Shown here: in pieces, positions 1-11,772 of the stretch
How positions within the stretch are numbered: position 1 is the stretch's first letter
How the letters are laid out: each line of letters begins with the position of its first letter
Assembly: GCA_951406725.2 (NCBI GenBank)
Contig: OX597814.1
Location: 204,104,001-204,168,000, forward strand
DNA from: Octopus vulgaris
Taxonomy: Eukaryota
Direction: 5' to 3'
Length of the DNA: 64,000 nt
The notes under the pieces: model-generated
Seen by the model: the letters and a program-made list of their open reading frames with translations, nothing else
Told to the model about the DNA's origin: nothing
Databases searched by the model: none
Program-made: the position numbers and the translations under genes

Positions 1-620
1 TTTATTTTATAAATATATAAACATTTATATAGCAAGATTAAACAGAAACACACATACAATTTCACAAATTGTATAAACAACAAATGAACATGTATGTAAA
101 ATACAAATACGTAATATAAATACACAGTACAATGCAACGAAAATATACACTAGTTTTATATAAACTTTATATGAAGTAAAATTATCAGTAAAGCTATCTA
201 AAATAATATTCATCTTGTTGGCACAGAATTTGATACGTAAAAGTATTTTCTTCTCCAACAATCAATTTTACACATAGGAAATAATTATTAGAGGACAGAG
301 ACATTATCATTGCTTCTACAACACACCCTCTAGCTCTGTAACTGACACGTTAACAAAATGTTAATTTCAGTTTTTCGCTTAGAAACAAGATAGTGTTAGA
401 TTGGTGACAATAGCAAATAAAATGAGGTCAGAAAAATAACAGAAGATACAAAAGAAAAATCATTCTTAGATCTGAGAGAGAACATTTCCATTTCATAAGG
501 AAGACAAGACAACGTACAAAGTCACAAAGAAACGCTATAACTTCCACTAAGTCTCAAAGATAGAGTTTAAAAGCTAAACTTTTGTAGTCATCCTCAAAAG
601 AAATATACAAATAAATAGAT

Positions 621-965
621 ATGGCTGTGTGGTAAGAAGTTCACTTCTTAACCAAATGGTTCCAGGTTCAGTCCCACTGTATAGCATCTTGGGTAAATAT
701 CTTCTATAGCCTCAGGTCAACAAAAGCTTTGTGAGTGAATATGGTAGATGAAAACAAAGAAGTCATGTGTATCCACCACAACTTGACAACCAATGATGTG
801 TTTATACCCCTGTAACTTAGTGGTTTGCCAAAAGAGACTGACAGAATAAGTACTAGGTTTTAAAAAATGAATTAAATAAACAGGTCCTGGGGTTGATTTG
901 TTCAACTAAAATTCTTCAAGGCAGTGCCCCAGCATGGCTGCAGTCAAATGAGTGAAACAAAGATA
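621..965 (+). mobile_element. tRNA-derived SINE, family A (Octopus-type)
   Basis: TGGCTGTGTGGTAAGAAG A-box head, GGTTCAGTCCC B-box, body ...CTTGTGAGTG..., tail ...GCCCCAGCATGGCTGCAGTCAAATGA...; many copies in the window. Confidence 0.8.
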
Positions 966-1214
966 AATATAATTTTAATGTCTACTCATCTATAGTTGTA
1001 TGGATGAAATGGAAATTACCAAGACATATTTTTTAACAACCAGAAGCCTATCCTGTCACCAACTCTCACCTGTTTTAAGCATGGTAATAATTCCCCATGG
1101 CAAGACATGTTTTTGTGGAAGATTGGAAATAAATTACACTGTTTGTATAATGGTGACACTCTTTTACAATTACAACACACAATCAACACAAGAAGAGATA
1201 CACTAGCACAAGCA

Positions 1215-1705
1215 TTGGCTGTGTAGTTGAAAAGTTGTTCAGAAGTTCACTTCCCAACTATATGGTTACAGGTTCAATCTCACTGCAAAATCTTGGACTT
1301 CTATTCCCTTCTATTGCCTCAATTTGACCAATGCTTTATATGTGAAATTTAGAAGGAAATTGTATAGAAGCCTGTCGTGTGTGTGACTGTGTCTATTCAC
1401 TTGTGTACGTGCATGTGTGCATGCATATGTACATGTGTGTGTGTGTGTGTTTGCTCGTGGTGACATCACAAGATTTGTCAACAAACATGACTGTCATATG
1501 TGATGTCATTCATTAGCAATCTTCCATGAAAAGATATCCATCCAGTCATTGTGTTTATGTTTGATGGGGCAGGGCAGATTTTACTTTGCTTGAAGACGGG
1601 TGAGAATTGGTGACAAGAAGGGTGTCCAACCATAGAAAATCTGCCTTGACAAATTTCAAATGGCTCATGCAAGCATGGAAAAGTGAATAATAAAATGAGG
1701 ATGAT
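1215..1705 (+). mobile_element. Composite SINE: family A head + (GT)n + RTE-like 3' tail
   Basis: Head TGGCTGTGTAGTTG...GGTTCAATCTCAC, GT microsatellite, then AAGAAGGGTGTCCAACCATAGAAAATCTGCC...CATGCAAGCATGGAAAAGTG...GATGAT. Confidence 0.7.
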
Positions 1706-4174
1706 ACAAATGTTCCTTGCATGAAATAGACTCAACCAAAATAATTACTATTTCAGTTTCTTATTAATAAACTATAAGTCAACTTAGTTTACTGTTTTAT
1801 TTTGTCTACATAATTTATCCGATGTTTTGGCAAGATATTAGACATAACTTGCTGAAACAGTATGTAAACTAAAAACATATTTCAAATACATACACCAATT
1901 AAAAACAATTACACTGAAACAGTTTTTTTTTTAATGCATTAAATAACTTTTACATTGGTGTTTGGTAAAATATTATTATATGAAACTATCTTCATCAACT
2001 TTGCCTAAAACCTGGCCTAAACAGAGACAACAAAGTGTTGGTTTGTCTGTTATTGGAATATTCTTGTTAGGATGAGAGCTAAAAAATGTGTAAGCAATTG
2101 TGAAATGAAAAAAGAGGATAGTCTATAATACAGAGAAATAGGTAATTTCTAAATACAATATTCCAGGTATAATCCTTGAAGGACAATAGGATCAATCTAG
2201 TGGTTTACTATTTTTAAGTTAGACAAAAAAGATCAGTCCCTTCTAAAATACATGTACCCACTCTCATGGTGCAAAGGTTACAAGAACTACAACAGAAAGA
2301 CAAGTTGAAAAATAGAGCTTATATTAGTTTGACACTCAGAAAATGGAGTGGGGGAACATCTTTAACATTTCAAGTATTTACTCTTCTTCCAAAAGATAGG
2401 ACAGAGAGGAGGAAAATTGGAGAAATTGAAATATACAGGTGTCCAAATGTCATGGAGAAGTAGTAGAAAGGTCACTTTGGACATGAGTGGCAGTTGGGGG
2501 GGGGTAGTGAACTGTGAGCCTGGTGTGTACACATACAAGCATGCACACACCATTTTCACATCCACTTTACCATGCTTTTATGGGCAAAATAGAACTTAAG
2601 GCAGATTTTCTATCACAAGATGCCCTTCCTGCAGTCAACCCTCACCTGTTTCCAAGCAATGTAATATTTCCCCCATGGCCAGGCATGCTTTCATTATTTT
2701 ATCTCCAACCCCATCCTATAACAAATCAAAGATTAAAAATGAAGGATTGTTTATAATTACCATACTATGTCACAACACACACAGGTATCATCATTTTAAT
2801 GTCTATTTCTCTCAATGCTTGTACAAGTCAAATAGAATTCATGAAAGCAGACTTTCTAGTCAGAGGCCCTTCCAGTAGAAAACCTTCACCCATTTTCAAG
2901 CAAAGTAAATAATTCTAAGTTCAACTCTGAATATAACAAACCTATAATCAAAAAAAGTATTCCAGTAGTAACAGCCCATCATTTCTCTCATTTCAGAAAT
3001 ATCTTCAACCACAATGTCCAACAGCTCTTTCTTTTAAAGATTTCACTGCTATTTCTAACCAACTGAGTGACCATAGAAAGCCTCTCTTCTTGCTGTTACA
3101 TCTGTTCTGTAGATGACATTAAAGGAATATATTTAGAACATGACACAATTCTGAAGCATCATAAGACAAGTCACAAACCATTATTTTATCTCCAACCCCA
3201 TCCTATAACAAATCAAACACTCCATTACTGTATCATCAAAATATTTTTCTTTCTTCCCCAAAATTTTCATGATGCAGAGTTTTTTTAAGACACTAATGAG
3301 GACATTTTTATAGAAGGAATGGGGAGCAGTAAAAGGGGTAAGAAAGTAAAGGAATCTGGGGTAGGTGTAAGGGAATAAAAAATATATAACTCATACTGGT
3401 TTATATAGGAGAAAAATGGAAAACAATATCATATTAATTGCAAGAAATACTCTCAGTAAATCAGTTTTTTCAGGTCACTATGTTACATATGGTAGACCTT
3501 TCTAAGGGCACAACCCTTCCTTGACATGTTTTCCTCTCAGCCATATAGGTGACAAAATTGACAACACACACACACACACACACACACACACTGATCATTC
3601 ATTGTCTTGTCAATTAAACAGAATAAATAAGTTTCATTGAGAAAATCTAATAAATTCTTCACCGTTTGGCTCTAAAGACTGGATCCACTTCAAAATTACA
3701 TTTTCTATATTTTCCTAAAATGTCTAAAAGTGATTTTATTGGTGTTATTTCTTTTGCTTGTTTTTAGATTTGACACCCAAGGGAGATTTTGTCTATAGAT
3801 TGCATGGATAATCTCAGTTAACCAACTCTATTACATATGCAAGACCTTACTATATTTCTATTTAGAACAAATATGCAAAACACTCTCCAGAGGTGTTTTG
3901 CTGTCAGCGAAATTGTTGATATTACATTGTCTGAGAGGAAAGATGGATATAAAAGAGTTTAAAGAAGACAAAAAGGATATAAAACTAAAACAAATTATCC
4001 TGAATTGAGATGAGACTGGATGTTTAGAACTGATAGCAGAAGTAGTGGTGGACTTAAATGTGGTTATGTCAATAAATAAGAATTGGTTTGATAGCAATGG
4101 GAATTAAGAAAGACAATGAGTGGAAAGATAAATTCTGAAGTCTACTGTAGAGCTAGTGCTAACAAAACAAAAAT

Positions 4175-4452
4175 CATCATCATCATCATCATCATCTTCT
4201 TAATGTCCATTTTCCATATCTGCATGGGTCAGTTTACTGAGGCAGTTTTTAAATGGCTGGATACCCTTCCTGTCACCAACCTTAACCTGTTTCCAAGCAA
4301 GGTAATATTTCTTCATCACCAGACATGTTTTTAGAGAATATAGGAAATGAATATAGGAAACCAAATCCACTCCCAAGGCTTCAGTTGGCCTGGGACTATA
4401 GTAGAAAACACTTGCCCAAGGTATCACACAATGAGACTGAACCTGAAGCCAG
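4175..4452 (-). mobile_element. Composite SINE relic (RTE-like tail + family A head)
   Basis: (CAT)n then TAATGTCCATTTTCCAT...GGCTGGATACCCTTCC, then CACTTGCCCAAGG...GACTGAACC. Confidence 0.65.
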
Positions 4453-4811
4453 GCCAATTATTGTTGTTCTCCTGAATTTTTTTGTGATTCCGTCCATTAT
4501 TAGTTTGCCAAGTTGAGAGAAAGGTCTATCATTGTTATTTTTCTGAAATTTTTTTATTCTGATTCTGTTCATTAAGTGTGCCTGCAATCATTACTCTTAA
4601 GCTGAACTAAAAAATAAATAGTTGCATATATGCTATTTATTTTTTAGTTCAGGAGCCCAGGTGGAGGGTAAAGCTAGACACAGAGCCCAGGTATGAAAGG
4701 GTTAAATTTATTACAATGCAATGTAATAAATTTAATGTATTATATAATAATATTTAGGTTATTATCTGCAGGTAAAGTGAAGATGAAGTAATTGTAGTAT
4801 TATGATATTAA

Positions 4812-5885
4812 CCCTTTCGTTACTATATTTCTGACCAAAATACACCCCTTATGTGTTTCAATTAATTTCTAACATAATCATAAATTTAGTCTGGTTTCAT
4901 TAAACAACTATAACTTTTTTATTTATCAATGTATTAATGTGATTTTTCGAAGATAATTTAATGAAATGTTCTCAACCAATTCTATACTATAATTTTTGTC
5001 ACAAAGTGACTCTAATTGCAGGTAGATACAGTAAATTCAACAAAATATAAAATTATTAAAATTTTGTTCAAACATCGCTATAGAAAATGGGTTATTAGCT
5101 AATATTCAATTGGGTATACAACAAAATTTTACGACAGAATTTGTTATTCTGGGTAACTTTCTGATACCCATAATATTTATGGCAAAATAGTCTTAATTTC
5201 ATTTAAGGTTGTGGGAAACCACTAACTATCCTTTCTTTCGCTTTGTTTACATTTAGCGTAACGGTTCGTTTCCACCGTAATGATTTCAAATAGGCTCATT
5301 CGAAAAAGTAAAAAGAAATAGTCTAAGGCTTTACTCTCCTGGGAAAGTCTGTGGCTTGGTCCAGTTTCTTCAGAAAAATCACCGAAAGAAACAGTTTTTA
5401 AATTTTCACTCCATTCAGGTGCCAATTCATTTTCTTTATTGCTGTCGGAGCTCTCGGATTCACTGTTTTCACTTTCGGAAAATGAAACATCAGATTCATT
5501 ATCAAATACCACGTGCTTTTTTTTTTCAGTCATAAAGTTAGATTTATCAAGGTCTTCAGTAGAAAATCCTTCGAATTCTGACTCGCTGCTTGATATAATG
5601 AAATTCGTATCCATTTTTTGTCAGAATTACAAATTTTGAAAACACAATAGGAACAAATTTCAGAAAAAAATCTCCCAAAATTCACGGAATTAAAATTACA
5701 CTTCGATCGTTGTACAAAACTGTAGATGAACTGTTTACGAAGTATAATCACGTGTTTTCACGAATGTACTAAAAGAGATTTGCTCTGATATTCTCATTTA
5801 AATATGAATAGGTAAATACGGGCAGGTTTGGGCGGCTTGGTCACATGAACCAAAATTTTTTTCGGGCGGTTTGGTAACGAAAGGG
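4812..5885 (-). mobile_element. Internally deleted piggyBac transposon
   Basis: TTAA TSDs at 4808-4811 and 5886-5889; perfect 12-bp TIRs CCCTTTCGTTAC/GTAACGAAAGGG; contains a transposase N-terminal ORF. Confidence 0.92.
5222..5614 (-). pseudogene. Truncated piggyBac transposase N-terminus (130 aa)
   Basis: Acidic Ser-rich N-terminus, then F...TGP...ALDYFFLLF...IITVETNRYA, typical of the start of the piggyBac core; DDD catalytic domain absent. Confidence 0.85.
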
Positions 5886-6699
5886 TTAAGCAATAAAGCA
5901 TATTTGCTAAATTCCATCTCATTTATGTATTGTTTTATTCATAGTCTGATGTTCATGAATTTCCACGTATCTTTCTTTTTGTTTGGTTTTCATTGTGAAA
6001 GTGCACCAAGTAGACCAATAATACTACAAGGTTCATACTGAAATTAGGATATAAAAAAAAAACGTGTGTGAGCGTAGGTCTCCTTTTCTTGACTTTGCAT
6101 AATAGTTGTAAATGAGTGTCACTGTCATACAAGCAGTGTCATTTATTTGCAATATTCTACAAAAATATGCTTAGCCATGAGGAAATATCTTGCCTGAGAT
6201 CACAGAAGGGTGATGATAGTAAAGGTATCCAGCCATAGCAAATTTGCCTTAAACTGCCTGACCTATGCAAGCACAGAAAAGCAAACATAGTGATGATGAT
6301 AATAGAACATTTAGCTCTCAAACTGACGTTTCATGGCCAACAAACCATGATCCACTTCTTTATCTGCAACTGAAACACACACACACACACACACACACAC
6401 AAAGAGTTTTGTTTTGTTTATTTTCTATGCAGACAAATTGGACAGATCTGCATCACTGATTTTCATTCATCTTGTTTTATTCTCAACCACTTTCTTTATT
6501 CTTTAGTTTAACTATAAAAAAAAGAACAAAATCAAAACAGAATCTAATTCTAAAACTTCTTTATATAAACATTTTCATCTTTTATTCTCATCACTTCAAC
6601 CATTGATCAGAGGAGGCCTGCTAGATCAGCATCTAGCCAGCACTGGCTTGCCAGTCAAATAACAATAACAATCACAACCAATTGACAGATGGTGAAATA

Positions 6700-7240
6700 C
6701 TGATAAATCTTTTCCTATCCCAAGTCAGAAAGTTACCTATGTGAGAACAGAGAGTATATCATAGATGGCATCCTAGATTCAGGAACCTTTCATATTCGAA
6801 ACATTAGCAAAAATCACATCAATGAGATTTGGCATCCTTTATAGAGATAAGAAATATGCCAGCTCACAGCAAGCCTTGGCTCTCTCCAAGACTCCAAGAA
6901 TGTGTGCTACATGATAGCAGTAGTACTGCTGCTCTCATATTTGCAGTGATACATTTCATTCAATCACTGTTATCATAGAACACATTCATCTGCTAAGACA
7001 TCTGCTAAAGCTTCCTTTACTGAAAAATGTTCAGCCTCTCACCTTACTATCATGCTGATTTATCTCAGTCATATTTACTACAGCTACATATTCACTGCAC
7101 TTCAGAACTTATCTGCATCTCACCATAACATTATCTCAGAAGACACATCACATCAACATTTTGCTTGTTGCCACTCATTGTTTAATTAATTTTCTCTTTA
7201 AGTCTCGCATTAAAAGTTACCTTAAATGTATTTCTTAATT
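6700..7240 (+). mobile_element. Degenerate CR1/Jockey-like LINE 3' fragment
   Basis: Near 6804 translates LAKITSMRFGILYRDKKY, resembling the post-RT region of CR1/Jockey ORF2; heavily decayed. Confidence 0.45.
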
Positions 7241-7639
7241 TATCACTCCTTTTATATATATATATATTATTTATATATTTTTTTTTTTTTGTTATCTCCA
7301 AATGTACTGAATCTCACTCATCATGCCATTCTATGATATAGGGAAATAACTTTTACAAGCATTAAATTAATTATTTTTAATTTGATCATAACACTACAAA
7401 GGAAATGAAAACTGCAATTAAATTTAGAGTAGGTGTATTTTGAAAGTTGCAACAAAAATTTTTTTTTTTTCTGGAATATAAAACTGAAACATGATTTTCC
7501 CCTACTATTGTTACATGATTTAGATAGTCCTGTGTCTCCAAAGCTTGCAGAAAAACACTAATAACAACTTTACCTTAACAATATTAAGTATCTGACATTA
7601 CATTGATAAATTATATTGATTCAGCTTTTGTATGCAGTA

Positions 7640-7940
7640 AGCAGAAGACACAGTATCCTAGTTTTATATGAAGTATATTTGAAATGAAGCAATTTAACAA
7701 CAAAGTGGAGTGAACAATACAATTGTGGAATACAGAAAGCACAAGGTCTGCCAGGCTAGATGTGTTGCAAGGTTCACAGACAGGTGGACCTGTGCAGTTA
7801 TTAAGTGCTATCTAAGAGATCAGAAGAGACCCTCAGAAGACCTCCAAAACAATAAGACAGCATAGTCAAACAATATGGGCCAAAATGGAAGAGAAGGTCA
7901 CAATCACGAGAACAACAGCTCACTGTGACCAGTGATGTAT
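7640..7940 (+). mobile_element. Degenerate RTE-clade LINE C-terminal fragment
   Basis: Approximate translation CVARFTDRWTCAVIKCYLRDQKRP..RPPK, matching the RTE C-terminal pattern WAGHVAR...RW.....W.PR..KR..GRP..RW. Confidence 0.55.
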
Positions 7941-8007
7941 AAGAACATCTGATAATTTATACAAAAATATATTAGAAAATTATTAAAGAAAAATTGAATC
8001 CTATATA

Positions 8008-9275
8008 TGAGGGAGTACCAAAAAGAAACTGCAATTTTGCAATATTATTTCATTCACTTAGTTTTACACTTTTATTGCCTCCAAAGTATTCTCTATTTGA
8101 AGCAATGCATTGGTCCAGATGCATTTTCCACTGTTCAAAGCAGTCCTAGAACTCTTGTGAAGTGAAGTCTTTTAATGCCTCCGTCATTTTTTTCTTCACC
8201 TCTTCCATGTCTGCAAAACATTTTCCTTTAAGGACTTTTTTTCATTCGAGGAAACAAAAAAAAGTCACAGGGAGCAAAATCGGAAGAATAGGGAGGGTAG
8301 TAAAGTGGGGTGCAAAGGTGCATTGTTGTGATGAAACCACCACTCTCCACTGTCACTGGTCAGGGTGTTTTCATCTCACTGTGTCTTACAAACGCTTCAG
8401 AACTGCCAAGCAAAATGTCTGGTTAACAGTCTGACCAGGAGGAAAGAAATGCTGTGTGGACAATTCCTTTCACATCAAAGAAAACAAATCAGCATCGTCT
8501 TCACATTGGACTTCACTTGAGGCACTTTGGGGGGCATGCTGACACTCAATGCTTTCATTGACTTGATTGCTACTTTGTTTCCGGGTCATAGCCATAGCAC
8601 CAACTTTCATCACCAGTGATGACCTTCAAAGAAAGGTTCAGATCAACTTTCAACTGTTCTTTCAGTTCACGACACACATTCAGTCATGACTGCTTTTGAT
8701 CTTCTGTGAACAAGTGAGGCACAAATTATGCTGCAATTCTTTTCATTCACAATTCCTCACTCAAAATTCATTGGGAAAGAGCTCCAGGACATGCCAGTCA
8801 TATCAACAAGTTTGTCAATATTTTGGTAACAATCCAAGATCAGTTCATGAATTTTCATGGTGTTTTCATTCATTTGGGAGGTCGACAGTCACTCTAAACA
8901 AGGTTGGTCTTCAAGCAACAAATAACCATCCCTAAAGCATGAAAGCTACTTGTAAACTTGTGTTTTGCTCATGGGAGTGTCCTTGTAAGCTGTTTGAAGC
9001 AAGAGAACTGTTTCAGTCACCATTTTCCCCAGCAGAAAACAGAATTTTACAGAAGCATGCTGTCCCTTCATTTCAGCCATCACAAAAATTGACGAACAGG
9101 GGAGAAGCACTGCAAAACAAAGACACACCATGTGGCAGTACAACTCCACTCGACACCGCCAATTGGCAGACTGATGCCTGAGGGTCACATCGAGTGGCTT
9201 CTAGCAGCGAAAGCCTGAACTACAACGGGCTTGTCCCACAGAGAACATTTCTGGTTACTTTTGGGTACCTCCTCA
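8008..9275 (-). mobile_element. Near full-length defective mariner (Tc1/mariner) transposon
   Basis: TA-flanked imperfect TIRs (TGAGGGAGTACCAAAAAGAAAC / GTTACTTTTGGGTACCTCCTCA); N-terminus MAEMKGQHASVKFCFLLGK..ETVLLLQTAYKD; motif YPPYSSDFAPCDFF near 8260-8300; C-terminus CIASNREYFGG; stops and frameshifts. Confidence 0.92.
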
Positions 9276-9374
9276 TATTTATCAATAACACAAAGCCTAT
9301 ATTTAAAAGTGCAGTCACATACTAAAAAAAAAATTTTACCATAAATAATGTTGAAGTCCGAACTGGTAATCGAA

Positions 9375-9510
9375 GAGAGACATGATGAAAGTAGTGGGGA
9401 GAGGAATGAGAAGCGAGACACAAGAAAGAAGGGGAGGAGTGAAAAGAGAGACACAGGAAAGATGAGGAGGAGTGAAAAGAGAGACACAGGAAAGAATGGG
9501 AGGAGGAGCA
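9375..9510. repeat. Purine-rich minisatellite, about 33-bp unit, about 4 copies
   Basis: Repeated GAGAGACACAGGAAAGATGAGGAGGAGTGAAAA-like units. Confidence 0.8.
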
Positions 9511-9809
9511 ATCCATTTAAAGTAGTCTCAGATCAATGTCTCAGAAAATTATATTTCATACAACACTACAGCTACCACTGAGTTGTTTTCTGCCTCCCAT
9601 GTCAGAGCTGCATTGTTTACAACGTCCCATACTACTACTACTGCTGCTGCTGTTTTATTTACTACCTCCCCTACTACAGTTCCTGTATTATCTAATACGT
9701 CCCATACTACAACTACCCTTTTATTTACTATGGCTTGTTTGTAAGTTGGATGAAATACAATAAGCTCATCAAGAATTTCCAGTTAAATTATTGATTTCTG
9801 ATTATAGAT

Positions 9810-9975
9810 ACAAAGCCACAAAATTTGGGGAAAACTATATTTGATTATATCAACCTAGCATATGACTGCTACTTAGATTATCAATTCCTGGAGGATGAAA
9901 GGTAAAGTCAATCCTAGCAGGATTTGAACTCAGGATATAGAGAGGAGTAGCTAAATACTGCTAGACATTTCATCC
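9810..9975 (-). mobile_element. SINE family B (Deu/Nin-domain-like core), degenerate
   Basis: GGATGAAAGGTAAAGTCAATC...ATTTGAACTCAG is the reverse complement of the family B core. Confidence 0.6.
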
Positions 9976-10247
9976 GGTTCTATCAATAATACCACTTTCT
10001 AAAATATTAAAAACATAACTTTATATGATAATGAAAGTTATTTTCTCACATCTAAAATGTTTGAAATTTATTTTTAATGAATGAATGGAGCTGGTATTGA
10101 AAAGATAAATAAATGATAGTAACTTTATTATGATGGTTGGTGGCTTCAATGGAGATGGTAGACAACACTGTAATAGCTACTCCAATGTAGTTTAGACAAG
10201 CCACTACACCTACTATTCATAACCTGAAGAAGAATACCATACACTAA

Positions 10248-10598
10248 TTACATCATTTACATTTGACAAATATTTGTCCTCATCTTTGTTGTTGACACAA
10301 TGTTTCAGCTGATATACCCTCCCACTTTCATCAGGTGTCCTGGGGGAATTTCGAACCTGGGTTCTCATTCCTAAGGTATTTTTCCAATGTTGTTGTTATT
10401 ATTATTATTATTATTCAGGTTACTGCCTGGATCAAACTCAGAATCTTGGGGTTAGTAGCCCGTGCTCTTAACCACAATGCCAAATGCCCATAGGCATATG
10501 GCATAGTGGTTAAGAGTGCAGGCTTAACATCAGCCGAAACACTGTATCAAATGTAAATAATGTACATAATTCTTCATCTCTCAAATATAGAACTGTAT
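10248..10598. mobile_element. Non-coding head-to-head element: tRNA-like head + hammerhead-bearing tail
   Basis: 13-bp direct repeat TACCATACACTAA at 10235-10247 and 10599-10611; central hairpin 10457-10524; minus-strand A box TGGCATTGTGG and B box GTTTGATCC; hammerhead core at 10294-10339. Confidence 0.8.
10294..10339 (-). ncRNA. Minimal type I hammerhead ribozyme motif (partly decayed)
   Basis: GACAC-CTGATGA-AAGTGGGAGGGTATATCAGCT-GAAAC-ATT-GTGTC: perfect 5-bp stem I, intact CUGAUGA and GAAA cores, imperfect stem II, minimal stem III. Confidence 0.65.
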
Positions 10599-11119
10599 TA
10601 CCATACACTAAAACTAGCAGTCACGAAGAAAACTAGGTTTAAATGAATGGCTTCTGTTACCTAAGTAAACTAATTAGTAGCAGAATTTGTGGAAGAGAAA
10701 GACTGAAAAAAACATGGGAAGAAAAAAAAACAAAGGATAATATCAAGAGGCTGAACTTCATGTTTGAGATGACAAAGAACTGCCAGGAGAAGCAAGATGT
10801 TGTGCTGGAAAACTGGTTCAACCTATGTAAATATGGAAAAACTGATACAAAATGATGATCAGGAAGATCTGAAATGCCTGAAAAGTCATTAAAAAAAATC
10901 TATAAAGAGATTCGGTAGAAGTTGTTAGTTTGTTTTCTTAACATTGTGCTTATTGGTAATTTCCATTGCACTTTACATTTTAGGTTGGATTTTCCATTCT
11001 TTTGCTGTATCAGAAGCAACAGCAGCATTTTAACGTCCACTTTTCCGTGCTTGCATGGATCAGACAGACTTTACTGAGGCAGATACTCAACAACACAAAA
11101 CACAAACCAATTAGAAGTT

Positions 11120-11295
11120 TGTATTGTGGTTGATTCATCTGCTTGAAACAACAGCTAGATCTCCCTCAAATTACATTGTGCCATTTTAGAAAAGGATGCA
11201 TTGTATTAATTGGTTCTGGATTCCTTGTACATAGAATAAAGAAGGGGTGATCATAAATGCTCAATGAGGGCTGGTCAAGGGCTAAACAGCAACAC
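11120..11295 (+). repeat. Dispersed repeat family D (LINE/SINE tail-like, ends in CAACAAC)
   Basis: CTGCTTGAAACAACAGCTAGATCTCCCTCAAATTAC...GGGCTAAACAGCAAC; related copies near 2960-3090(-), 17810-18020(+), 18935-19350(-), 19680-19895(+), 32945-33085(-), 35760-35930(+). Confidence 0.6.
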
Positions 11296-11734
11296 AAAAT
11301 GTTGGCAAGCAACCTACCTGTCAGGTCACCAAGAACAGCAATTCCAGAACCTGTAATTTTCCTGAATAGAGTACCATTCAGACCTATCTTTCCACACACT
11401 CTTTTCAACCTATTCCAACATAATCTTCCCAAATCAGCACAAAACATCCAGTCTCAATGCTAAGTTTACTTTATTGCCCTTCAATTCCAAGTTTTGCCTC
11501 TATACTTGAAATTTCTTGCCCATAGATTCTACTGTATGAACAAGGCCAACAGCATACAATATTTCCCAAACTGCTTAAACACACACATTTGTCTGCATAT
11601 GTTAAAACAACTATTTGTATCATTACATTTGATTGGTATGGCAGTGAAAAGAGTTTAGGAATTACAAATCATCACTGCTTCAAATCTGCCTGCACACAAA
11701 TATATTAACACAATTTTAACAATGCTTTATCATG

Positions 11735-11772
<38 letters not shown>

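Noticed and set aside
10420-10490. Genuine tRNA gene
   Set aside because: A and B boxes are present but there is no acceptor stem or full cloverleaf; it is a SINE-type head. The same applies to the other SINE heads.
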